The notes below the pieces were generated by a model that did no database searches, was not told the origin of the DNA, and was given only the letters and a program-made list of their open reading frames with translations. From a virus (lineage: Duplodnaviria; Caudoviricetes), in the IMG/VR virus record IMGVR_UViG_3300013383_000027, positions 1 through 64,000 of that record: a stretch of DNA of 64,000 bases. The stretch is one strand, 5' to 3'. Position 1 is the first letter of the stretch, and every line of letters begins with the position of its first letter. The position numbers and the translations under genes are program-made. Below, one piece after another: positions 10,116 to 19,005 of this stretch.

Positions 10116-10762
10116 ACCGGCAGGAGGCTGATATCCGGATATTCGTCATAACAGATCTCCCTGAATGGTGGAAGCAGTTCGTCCTGGTTCAGTTTGCATA
10201 TTCCAAGAGCGGCTCGCTCAGGCTCCATGTAGCAGTGGTATCCCATGATAATGTCCTTTTTTGTCATGACAGATTCCTTGATGAACGGAATCCTAGGGTT
10301 CCTGCCGTCGTGGCGCATCCTCCTGAGGAGTTCGAGATATCTCTCGCTATTGAATAGAATGGCTCCTCCGCGTCCAAGCGAAAGCCTCTTCTTCTGCTGA
10401 AATGAAACACACACAAGGAAATCCTCGCAGATGAAGTCGTTTAACATCATGTTCTCGTTGAAACCAACAGCGGCATCAAAAACACCGGTTCCCTTGCCAA
10501 CCTCATACGAGATGTGCCATTCAACAAGCTCAAATGATATGTTCCACCCGTTGTTCTTCAGGGTCATCGGAACGCTGAGATACGTGTTCTTTGGAATCAC
10601 AAGCGGCTCATCCTTGTTTATCTCACCGAGTCGTCTCTTAGCCTCAAGTGAAAGAAGAATTGCATTTGTGCAACAGTCAACGCATACTGCATATTCGAAC
10701 TGCGTATACCTCACCAACTTCCTTTCGAATTCCTCAACTAGATCAAAATTGTTGTCAAACAC
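10106..10762 (-). CDS. DegT/DnrJ/EryC1/StrS-family PLP aminotransferase (short form)
   Basis: AVCVDCCTNAILLSL, TYLSVP, VFDAA, SFQQKKRLSLGRGGAI (PLP lysine motif), RHDGR. Probable start is GTG at 10762 after GAGAGGGGG. The track's TTG at 10930 would overlap the epimerase by 175 nt. Confidence 0.85.
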   Translation of the reverse strand: MFDNNFDLVEEFERKLVRYTQFEYAVCVDCCTNAILLSLEAKRRLGEINKDEPLVIPKNTYLSVPMTLKNNGWNISFELVEWHISYEVGKGTGVFDAAVGFNENMMLNDFICEDFLVCVSFQQKKRLSLGRGGAILFNSERYLELLRRMRHDGRNPRIPFIKESVMTKKDIIMGYHCYMEPERAALGICKLNQDELLPPFREICYDEYPDISLLPVWN

Positions 10763-11681
10763 CGACAAACCCCCTCTCAAGTTCGGAAACCCATTTTCCG
10801 ACAAGTTTCTTGACGTGGATGGCGGAATCGCGATCCGGCCGATATATACACCTTGTCCAGACGAAACAATCTTGATTTCGCTCAACGATTTTGACACGTT
10901 CTCCCGTAATCTTCTCAACCTCTTTTCCAATCAATGTGGCAAGAACACACATTGACACGCTTCCGTTTCTGTCAACGATATTTGCTGTCTTGTCATGTGT
11001 ACATAGAATCTCGTCGACCCCCCTCTTGCTCGCATAGTCTATGTCGGTCATCGTGCGGAGCGTGTCCTTCGAATACCATATGCTCTTCTCGACAAACGCA
11101 TCCCTGAACATCTCGAACACGACGCCACGTTTCTGCCCGGCACCAGAAATGTTGAACGGTCTTAATATCTTAAGATGGGAAATCGCCCCAAAATTACGAA
11201 GCGTAGAAAACATCGTCTCATCAGCAAGCTTCTCGATTGCGTACAGGGTGCGAGGGTTCTTTGTGTCTATTGTCAGGTCAACCGTTTTGGCATTGCAGCG
11301 CCCTTCACAATTCCCGTACACTTCAGATGAGGAGTAATATGTAAAGTCTACGGGCTTCTTCCCCGCATAGAAACGTTTCGTAAGAGCTTGCGCCACGTTG
11401 AACGAAATCAAGTGGTTCCGCTCCGCATGTACAATCGGGGATGCCTGATTTCCCTTATCGGCATCGAAGAGTTTCCTGCCAACATTGGCCGCAAGAAGAA
11501 CAACATTCGTATATCTTCCGATTATCTTTGACAGCGAATCGATATTGTTATTGTCCGTCAGGTCGAGATCGAAAATGTCAATCGACCTGTATGCAACATT
11601 GCGTCTCTTCAGCTCGCGACAAAGACCCGAACCGATAAAACCATGACCCCCAATGAGAAGAACGCGTGTTTTCTTTTCCAT
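10755..11681 (-). CDS. NAD-dependent epimerase/dehydratase (extended SDR)
   Basis: GGHGFIGS, YSSSEVYG, YAIEK (YxxxK), LRPFNISG. Confidence 0.9.
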   Translation of the reverse strand: MEKKTRVLLIGGHGFIGSGLCRELKRRNVAYRSIDIFDLDLTDNNNIDSLSKIIGRYTNVVLLAANVGRKLFDADKGNQASPIVHAERNHLISFNVAQALTKRFYAGKKPVDFTYYSSSEVYGNCEGRCNAKTVDLTIDTKNPRTLYAIEKLADETMFSTLRNFGAISHLKILRPFNISGAGQKRGVVFEMFRDAFVEKSIWYSKDTLRTMTDIDYASKRGVDEILCTHDKTANIVDRNGSVSMCVLATLIGKEVEKITGERVKIVERNQDCFVWTRCIYRPDRDSAIHVKKLVGKWVSELERGFVGV

Positions 11682-11712
11682 ACTCCATAGTATACCGTTT
11701 TCGAGAAAAAAA

Positions 11713-12801
11713 TCAAGGTCTTTTTGGATATTTTCTCAAATACAAAAGTTCTGTCTCATTACCGATAAATTCCATTGGGTTCTTGACTATTTTTCCGGGT
11801 TCTGGAACGGCATATTTCAGAATTGAATGATCACACGTCTTCTCTACACCATCACATATGAGATAGTATCGGCATCTCAAACATTCCTCACCTTTCTCAT
11901 AGAACTGGTTTCTCGTCCTTGTGACACTTTCAAGTGACCTGCTGCCATACGGTCCGAACGTCTTTGGATCGGTTCCCGAGTCTACGAGATCAAGAAGCGT
12001 CGTCCCGTCCAGCTCCCTGTTCCAGTCGAACCAGTCGTACATATGCTGGAGATGTCCAACAATGTGTCGTTCATATCCCTTCATGTCACAAAACGGAAAA
12101 TACCTTATGTAGACAAGGCAATTCGGAAGCTTTTCCCGTATTACACCGATATTCCTCTTCAATATGGGGCGAAGCTTTCCATAATCTATATACCGTGACA
12201 TTTCTCCAGCCTGTTCAAACGTATTAACCGGGAGGAAGTTGATGACGGACGGCCCGAACTTCACAAGATCGTCAACTATCAGATCAAGACCGCCCATGTT
12301 GAATGTCGCAACAACGGTGTTGAACCTCAGCAACTTTCCGTGTGTTTTGGCTTTCTCGACCGTCTTATTCACCTTGTCAAATGTATCGCCAAGCGGAAAC
12401 ATCGCCCTGTCCATGTTCATGTCCCTGCGACTTATGTGATAGCTGATTAAAACCTCGTCTATTATATCCCACACATCACTCCTCCACAACCCGCCATTGG
12501 TTATCACGGCTATCCTGGAAGACATGTTCCGTGATTTTATGTATTCGCAGACGTGGCGGAGCTCTTGATATTCAGAAGGTTCCCCTCCTGTTATCTCAAA
12601 ATCCCGTATTCCGTAGCCAAGACAGAAATCGATTTGTTTTCTGATGTAGTCGAGTGGAAACATCTTTTCATTGCATCTGTTCACATAGTAGCAGAATCCG
12701 CACTTCTGGTGGCATTGGAACCCGACGTATATCTGCGAACGCCTTGGCTGCACAAATCCCGGAGTGTTTTTCCTTATTACTCCTTCAAGGTTGATGTTCA
12801 C
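11713..12801 (-). CDS. Radical SAM protein
   Basis: CHQKCGFC, ITGGEPS, ITNG, C-terminal CLRCRYYLICDG. Confidence 0.9.
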   Translation of the reverse strand: MNINLEGVIRKNTPGFVQPRRSQIYVGFQCHQKCGFCYYVNRCNEKMFPLDYIRKQIDFCLGYGIRDFEITGGEPSEYQELRHVCEYIKSRNMSSRIAVITNGGLWRSDVWDIIDEVLISYHISRRDMNMDRAMFPLGDTFDKVNKTVEKAKTHGKLLRFNTVVATFNMGGLDLIVDDLVKFGPSVINFLPVNTFEQAGEMSRYIDYGKLRPILKRNIGVIREKLPNCLVYIRYFPFCDMKGYERHIVGHLQHMYDWFDWNRELDGTTLLDLVDSGTDPKTFGPYGSRSLESVTRTRNQFYEKGEECLRCRYYLICDGVEKTCDHSILKYAVPEPGKIVKNPMEFIGNETELLYLRKYPKRP

Positions 12802-13430
12802 TTCAAAAGATCCTCAATTTCAATTCGTCTCGAATTCCTTCCGGCAAAGATATACCTGAACCCAAACTCCTTCAGTATTCTGTCTGAAATGAAGAAGTCA
12901 TATGCATACGGATATACGAAAATGTCGGTATCAAACCCAAGTTCACCAAGCCTCCCGACACCCGCAGAAACATCCTTCCGGAAATCACCAGCAATATCGA
13001 TTTTCCCCTTTCCGAGGCTCTCGTCCAATTCAAGGTTCAGGTGCGTCCCTCCGTGGAACGCAAGAAACACGTTTTCACCTTTAAGAAGTTCTTTGACCTC
13101 CTGAACGCTCATGAACCCATTCAAAGCCGTCATGTCTCCCGAATGTATGCGGTCGTGAAGTTCCGAAGAAACAGAAACGAAGTCTGGGCTGCACGAATGG
13201 TCGCGGACGAGAAACGAGGACAACCCAAGCACAACGCCGATTCCACGGCTCAGAAGTTTCTTGCCGTGTTCCTTAAGAAACAAATATTGCGAATATAGGC
13301 AATCGTCCAAGAAGAGAAGGTCGCCGTTATTGAGGCGACCCATCGGGTTTCCCACCGTGTGTGGTTGGTGCATGACGACCCTCCGTCCGGATGACTTCAG
13401 AACCAAACGGAAATCCTTCTTTCCCGTCAT
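12798..13430 (-). CDS. Polysaccharide deacetylase-like (NodB-fold) protein
   Basis: LFLDDCLYSQ, AFHGGTHLNL and FVYPY resemble NodB metal-binding motifs. Confidence 0.6.
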   Translation of the reverse strand: MTGKKDFRLVLKSSGRRVVMHQPHTVGNPMGRLNNGDLLFLDDCLYSQYLFLKEHGKKLLSRGIGVVLGLSSFLVRDHSCSPDFVSVSSELHDRIHSGDMTALNGFMSVQEVKELLKGENVFLAFHGGTHLNLELDESLGKGKIDIAGDFRKDVSAGVGRLGELGFDTDIFVYPYAYDFFISDRILKEFGFRYIFAGRNSRRIEIEDLLK

Positions 13431-14122
13431 GTCGTGAAGTCCTGTAGCTTCTTGAGGTATTCGTCCATTGCGAAATCAACCTCCTCGACCGTCTTTGACG
13501 CGAGAACTTTCTGACGTGTACCATCCATCAAATCGTATACGTACTTGACCCTTGCGATACGGTCATATGCGTTCAGATACTTCTCGAGCGTCGACAGGTT
13601 TTCCTTTGCTTCCGTATAATTTCGCATCATGGTCGCATGTTTCTGTTCCTGGTCGAACGTTGGGTTTTCTGGAAGTGGATCCGGCTCTGGGTTGTCCTGG
13701 GACTTTTCGATGATCTCGAAGTACTTGTCCTCGCGGTTGGAGTCGGTGATGAAATATCCTGCATTCAGGAGTTTTATGTAATTGTTCATGTATTCCATGA
13801 CGTCGATAACGGACACGCCGATTATCATCTGCTGCATAGCAGTTGAGATGTCGTTAACAGCAACCCGAATTCTCGTCGTCAATTCATCAGATTGGATTTC
13901 GATTATGTCGGAAAGTTGAGCCTCCGGAAACTGCATCATCTTCGGAAAGCCGACGGCAACACCCTTCGCAAGAAGTTCCTTGACCTTCGCTATCGTCAGA
14001 AGGCTCGCTTTCAGAACCTTCGAGCCTGGTTCGGGGTTCATTGCATTCGAATACGACGTTCCGACGACCCTCCAGTGGTCGCCGTCGTCCCTCACGAGAA
14101 GCGTCTCATAGTCCATTTTCAA
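13427..14122 (-). CDS. Hypothetical protein (231 aa), helical, directly downstream of the Cys-rich protein
   Basis: Clean ORF with an ATGA overlap to the next gene. No family recognised. Confidence 0.7.
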   Translation of the reverse strand: MKMDYETLLVRDDGDHWRVVGTSYSNAMNPEPGSKVLKASLLTIAKVKELLAKGVAVGFPKMMQFPEAQLSDIIEIQSDELTTRIRVAVNDISTAMQQMIIGVSVIDVMEYMNNYIKLLNAGYFITDSNREDKYFEIIEKSQDNPEPDPLPENPTFDQEQKHATMMRNYTEAKENLSTLEKYLNAYDRIARVKYVYDLMDGTRQKVLASKTVEEVDFAMDEYLKKLQDFTT

Positions 14123-14140
14123 TTCCTCCGTTTTGAAAAG

Positions 14141-14707
14141 TCAGTAGTTGTTGCAGTATCCGTAGCAGTTGCACTTGTAGTATGCTGTGCAATCGGAGTA
14201 GCATATGCAGTCGCCCATCGCGAGCGAAACCTCTGTCTGCATGTTCGCAATCGACTCTGCAAGGGTCTTGTTTCCCTTGTTGAAATCCGATGTCTCATCG
14301 TCAATGCGGTGCATCTCGTTGACAATCTCCTCAAGTTTCGCAACCGGGTTTCCGACGACGACATCACCTTTTGCGGTAGGGTTCAAGTCACCATTCGATC
14401 TAAGTTTCGTCTCCCTCTCCATGTTCCCGTTGAAGCTGTCGGAAAGCGGCCACCTGTGGAGATTCCTACGAGCAATCTCCTGCTCGATTGCTGACTTGAG
14501 GGTGTTTATGTTTCCAGTCTCTATTATCTCGTTATCAACCGGCTTGTCGAAATCGTATGAATCAACCCCCTTGTCCCTGTGACCTGTGCAGAACCCGTAC
14601 TGGACCTTTCTCCCCTTGCTCGGCCAGCCGTCCGTGTCCGTCGAACAAACGCCGTTCTTCGGAAAACCAATCTTTGACTTGCCTCTTTCTGGATTACACC
14701 GTGCCAT
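14141..14707 (-). CDS. Protein with Cys-rich C-terminus (CxC-x3-C-x5-CxC-x3-C); candidate radical SAM substrate
   Basis: Ends GDCICYSDCTAYYKCNCYGYCNNY-TGA and lies 12 nt downstream of a SPASM radical SAM gene. Confidence 0.75.
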   Translation of the reverse strand: MARCNPERGKSKIGFPKNGVCSTDTDGWPSKGRKVQYGFCTGHRDKGVDSYDFDKPVDNEIIETGNINTLKSAIEQEIARRNLHRWPLSDSFNGNMERETKLRSNGDLNPTAKGDVVVGNPVAKLEEIVNEMHRIDDETSDFNKGNKTLAESIANMQTEVSLAMGDCICYSDCTAYYKCNCYGYCNNY

Positions 14708-14719
14708 TCGAAAACTCCT

Positions 14720-15814
14720 TCAGCTTATAAAATATTTACGGTTGGACAGGGCAAGAAAAAGAGCCTTCGTCACCTTTCCGAAGTGCTTCATGAACCTGCA
14801 TTTTGAGAGATCCTTTCCGACTGCCGTGTTCCACCTGTCCATCCCGTCATTCCTCCCAAGACATTTCACATGACAAGTGACGCAGTATGCCGCACCACAG
14901 CCAATACAACCATCAATCGGTCCTGACGAGTCGAGTTGGTTGTTCTCGTACACCTTCACGAGGTCATCGACATCTTCTATCGTGCCAAGAACGAACCTTT
15001 CGTTGTTTTCAGCATACGGTCCACCATGACAGCAGTATATCATGCCGTCAGTGTGGAGGTGTAGGTTGTTGTCCATCCTGCATCTTGCTCGTCCATCCCT
15101 CTGGAACCACCCCATCAAAAACCTTCCATGTTCCATGTAGAAGCGACATTCCCTCTTCGCAAGTTCAAATGTAGCCTTTTTCCACTCGTCAAACATTGAG
15201 TCATCACTCATTGTTGTGTCGAGTGTCGGAACATACTGTACGAAATCACCAAACTCTTCATACAATTTCCTATAGGATTCCCACATTTCCGGAAGTTTGG
15301 GAATCATGTCATACGTCAGCGTAGGCTTGAAGTTTATCTCGATGCCGTTCTCAAGAAGGAGCCTGGCGGTCTCGAATATGAGCGAACTGTTGTCTCCGCG
15401 CTTCTCCGTGTGCTGCGGTTCGCCGTCGTATGAGAGCTGTATGTGAAGACGACCGCCCTTCAGGCTGTCGATATAGTCCGAATTCACAAGCCTCCTGAAG
15501 TTCTCGACGAGCGTTCCGTTCGTGTAGCAATGGTAATTGACGAAATCATACTTGTAAGTTTCCCTGATGAGATGGTCGAGAAACTGGAAATTCAGGAATG
15601 GTTCTCCTCCCCAGAAGGTAAGTTCAAGGGAATGCAGCTTTTCCGGATTCCAGTTCTCGCAGAGATTCCTGATGACACGGATTTCATCGCCCTCATTCCT
15701 CGGATTCTTCACACAGATCTTGTCAAGACCCTCCATGCAGTACGAGCAGTGGCAGTTGCATCCGTCCGTAACCGTCACTTCAAGTGAAATTGACTGTTTC
15801 CTGTCAAATTTCAC
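14720..15814 (-). CDS. Radical SAM/SPASM peptide-maturase-like enzyme
   Basis: CNCHCSYC, FWGGEPFL, YTNGT, QLSYDG, SPASM Cys set RCRMD...YCCHG...CIGCGAAYCVTCHVKC...KC. Confidence 0.9.
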   Translation of the reverse strand: MKFDRKQSISLEVTVTDGCNCHCSYCMEGLDKICVKNPRNEGDEIRVIRNLCENWNPEKLHSLELTFWGGEPFLNFQFLDHLIRETYKYDFVNYHCYTNGTLVENFRRLVNSDYIDSLKGGRLHIQLSYDGEPQHTEKRGDNSSLIFETARLLLENGIEINFKPTLTYDMIPKLPEMWESYRKLYEEFGDFVQYVPTLDTTMSDDSMFDEWKKATFELAKRECRFYMEHGRFLMGWFQRDGRARCRMDNNLHLHTDGMIYCCHGGPYAENNERFVLGTIEDVDDLVKVYENNQLDSSGPIDGCIGCGAAYCVTCHVKCLGRNDGMDRWNTAVGKDLSKCRFMKHFGKVTKALFLALSNRKYFIS

Positions 15815-16020
15815 TTGTTTTCCTCATTTTCCGATATTTTCTTTGTCATGTCCAACATTTCAGAAACCTCATCTTCGTTGACATTGAACATCTTAAGTAG
15901 CCCATCTGCAAGTTCAAGAAGGACATTACTTGTCTTCGGCTGTATTTCGAGAAGATTTGAACTCGCTTCGCGAAGATGAAGCACTGCACTTACAACATTG
16001 ATGTTGTCATTAGTATTCAT
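15811..16020 (-). CDS. Small hypothetical protein (69 aa), first gene of the radical SAM operon
   Basis: ATG lies 7 nt after a sigma70 -10 box. GTGA overlap with the SPASM gene. Confidence 0.7.
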   Translation of the reverse strand: MNTNDNINVVSAVLHLREASSNLLEIQPKTSNVLLELADGLLKMFNVNEDEVSEMLDMTKKISENEENK

Positions 16021-16027
16021 AACAATA

Positions 16028-16056
16028 ATTTTAGATTTTTCTTACAAAAAAGTCAA
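16028..16056 (-). promoter_or_regulatory. Sigma70-type promoter TTGACT-N17-TAAAAT driving the radical SAM/sugar operon
   Basis: Minus strand reads TTGACT TTTTTGTAAGAAAAATC TAAAAT TATTGTT ATG. Confidence 0.8.
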
Positions 16057-16068
16057 GATATTTTTATC

Positions 16069-16093
16069 AAAAACCCGAGCCATGGGGCTCGGG
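16069..16093 (-). terminator. Intrinsic terminator ending the upstream late operon
   Basis: Minus strand reads CCCGAGCC ccat GGCTCGGG TTTTT. Confidence 0.85.
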
Positions 16094-16112
16094 ACGGTCT
16101 TTGGTCTTAAAA

Positions 16113-16346
16113 TCACGACCACCTTGCGGCTCTAGCTGTCCCGTCTATTTCCTGGTTAAACTTCCACTTTCCGCTTATCGTAACATTTCCGGTATCTGCC
16201 ATCAGCTTCCGCATGAAATATGCGTAGAGATCAGACATCGTCGTCGCATATGAGACCTTTCGACTACCCTCATAGTGCGAGATGAGGATTTCATCGGTAT
16301 CCCTGATGTCGGAGAAGTTCTTCAGCTCTGATATCTGTACGTTCAT
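16113..16346 (-). CDS. Small fibre-associated protein (77 aa)
   Basis: Start MNVQISELKNFSDIRDTDEILIS chosen to avoid overlap with the upstream gene. Shares an N-terminal motif with other fibre proteins. Confidence 0.6.
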   Translation of the reverse strand: MNVQISELKNFSDIRDTDEILISHYEGSRKVSYATTMSDLYAYFMRKLMADTGNVTISGKWKFNQEIDGTARAARWS

Positions 16347-16351
16347 GGTTT

Positions 16352-17137
16352 TCAGATCCTCATTTGCACGACACACTCAACAAGACCGATCTCATCGGCA
16401 TTCTTATCCTTAAGTGCTTTCCCAACAAGTATTCCGGTGTTTCCCGTGTTCTCGGCACATCCTATTCCTGGTGTGTTACTCAAAAATATCCTGTCAAACT
16501 TCCTGACCTTCCCAAACACCTTCACTGGAACGCGCCCGACTAGGGCGATTCCCTGATAGGAACCACTATCTTTGTATTCAACCCCGAGGACGAGTCCTGG
16601 TGTTGACGTTATGACCGCGTTCGCCTCGGTGTCGGCCAGCGTGATTTCCCTATCTCCCCCGAACTTCACGATTGTTCCTGGCTCATATTCCCTGTCTGTC
16701 TCGTACAACTCCGCAAGATCCGACCACATCGCTGACATTGCAGTTCCGTGGATGGCGTTTGCGAAAAACGCCCCATACGAAAGGTTATGTTTGGGTCCGC
16801 AGTTTCCTAGTACACTCAAAGCCCCGTTTATGATGACATCGGCCCCGAACGTGACGTCGCGTCCGGTGTCGAACGTAATGTCTCCAGTAAACGTCTTGTT
16901 GCCTCCGATCTCGATGTCTCCAGTCAGGATGTTCTGGATGTCCTTCCTGACCTGGTACGTGACTATACCAGACAAGTCATCAAGCCGTATTGAGTTCGAG
17001 TCATAATATGTAGGTACCTCGTCAATCTCCCCCTTAAAACGAGAGATTTCAAATAATGACTGCTTCATCTTATCGGAGTCAGCCATCAGTTTATCTGCTG
17101 TTATGCCATCAAGCTCGGATATTCGCCTTATCGCCAT
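16352..17137 (-). CDS. Tail fibre protein with C-terminal intramolecular chaperone (peptidase G2-like) domain
   Basis: DLAELYETDREYEPGTIVKFGG...AVITSTPGLVLG...IALVGRVPVKVFG pattern. Confidence 0.75.
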   Translation of the reverse strand: MAIRRISELDGITADKLMADSDKMKQSLFEISRFKGEIDEVPTYYDSNSIRLDDLSGIVTYQVRKDIQNILTGDIEIGGNKTFTGDITFDTGRDVTFGADVIINGALSVLGNCGPKHNLSYGAFFANAIHGTAMSAMWSDLAELYETDREYEPGTIVKFGGDREITLADTEANAVITSTPGLVLGVEYKDSGSYQGIALVGRVPVKVFGKVRKFDRIFLSNTPGIGCAENTGNTGILVGKALKDKNADEIGLVECVVQMRI

Positions 17138-17150
17138 TGTCTTCTCTTCC

Positions 17151-17157
17151 TATTTAC
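17151..17157 (-). promoter_or_regulatory. GTAAATA late-promoter motif overlapping the upstream TAA stop
   Basis: AAACCGTAAATAGGAAG, 13 nt before the ATG of 16352-17137. Confidence 0.6.
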
Positions 17158-19004
17158 GGTTTGGCTGGAGCCGACACTTCCTCGAACACATTCTTCTAGT
17201 CCACCCACTTGAAGGTGTAGCCGTCCGAGGTTATCACCGTGCAGTCGTGACCTATGTTTCCGAAGGTGAACGGCTTGACGTCAGACACGTCGGATGTCGT
17301 TTTGGAGACATTGGTCGTTTTGTTGGATGTCATAGAATTGTATCCACAGTCCCCATCCACGTATTTCAACATTGCCATCTCTTTCTCGAGTGCATCGTTG
17401 CCACCAAACCCAGTTTGAAGCCTGTAAACCATCTTTGCCTTATAGAAATCGTCAACACCACACTCGAAGTTCCTTTTTGAAATGTAATTCTGCATCTTGG
17501 AATAATCCCCTCCGATCATGTCGGGGTTTATGATCCACCTTGTCCCCCCTTTATACGTATAGACTCTCTCATCTTTATAGTATCTTCCTGTAGCAGTAGT
17601 TCCTGGAGAATAACCGATTTCAAATATCTTTTTATCATATTTCTACTTATCTGATATCTTGGCTCCAGAACTTTCTGAATAGGAGACATAGCTACCATAT
17701 ACCGTTCCGTCACTCGAATCATTCTCCGGATCCTTGTAGTTCTCTATCGTTTTTTTCTTGATCGCTGTGCTATTCTTACCCTTAGCGGCATATTGAGCGG
17801 TTGACATTCCGTAGTACATCAGGTTGACATGATGCCACTCGCCATGTCCTCCTCCATATATTACAATAAGCTTCTGCTGACTGAGAAACTCCTGGAACCT
17901 GTCGGTATTCAGGACATTCTTCTTATAGGTGGCACACATTGAGCATCCGTTCCAACACGCAATGACCATGATCGGAAGGTTGTTCTTCATTGCGGTTCCG
18001 AACACCTCCATCACCTGTGCGTCTTTGCTGACTTCATAGATCTTTCCGAACTCGAGACCGTCTGTCGAGAAAACGGCTTGTGTCGGATTCGATGAACTGA
18101 GCGCTGAATACTTCAAAAGCTCATCTCTCGACACACCATTCAACGTAATCCGCGAGAGGGACGATCCGTACAGAGAGTATTCGTCAAATGCATTTAGCGT
18201 AGTGACCCCCCTTGGAAATGTGATTTCGCTCAGTGAATTGCACCCGAAGAACGCCCTGTCCTGTATTCCCATGAACGCGTTTCCATTAGACAATTCCGAG
18301 TCGCTCGGTTCGGCAACCTTCACGTCATTGAGATTCGCGCATCCATTGAACATGTCTGGTGAGAACAGCTTGAACCTGGATGGAAACTATATCGAACTTA
18401 ACCCGGTGCAGTTCTGGAACGCCTTCTCCCCGACACACGAACCCAGGTTTCTCTCAAACCGGACAGAACTCAGGTTCGTGCAGTTCCTGAACATTCCGTT
18501 CCCAAGCTCGTTTGAATTCACGAAGCCAACGTCCGTAAGTCTTTCACATTCCAGAAATATGTCCTCGCCAAGGTAGGGTCCAACCTACGGCTCAACCGAA
18601 CGACACTCGTCAAGTAGTTCCTCCGTAGCCCCATCTCCAGACAGTGAGATGTATGCCATCTCCAATTCGCTCCTGGCAAAAGCCCGATCGTCAATCGAGA
18701 ACATGATGTGCGTTCCGTCGAGAAGGTCGTTTTTTTTGCCGGAACACCCGTAGAACGACTGCTTGCCGATATGCCGAACGTTTTCAGCATCCTTTAGCGT
18801 TATCGCCGTGTCGTTGGTTGCAAAACATTTGTCACCTATCCATCTAACGTTCTTCCCGAACCTGACTTCGCGTATTTTATCTATGGAACCATTTCCCATT
18901 ATGGATATTGACGAAACAGTGTCTGAGACGCTTAGGTCGACAAGTTTCTTCCCGTCCTGCACCTGGTATTCAAGATTCTCCGTAATCGCGTAGCTCTTCT
19001 GCAT
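17154..19004 (-). CDS. BspA-type leucine-rich-repeat protein with a thioredoxin-like segment (616 aa); 4 in-frame TAG
   Basis: Track ORFs 18585-19004, 17643-18353 and 17196-17519 join in frame. LRR_5 repeats: IGKQSFYGC, VGEKAFQNCTGLSSI*FP, IQDRAFFGCNSLSEITFP. Thioredoxin-like segment IACWNGCSMC. Confidence 0.75.
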
Positions 19005-19005
19005 T

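Noticed and set aside
10763-10930. Extended N-terminus of the DegT aminotransferase
   Set aside because: It would overlap the epimerase by 175 nt. The GTG at 10762 has a good RBS and the usual short overlap.
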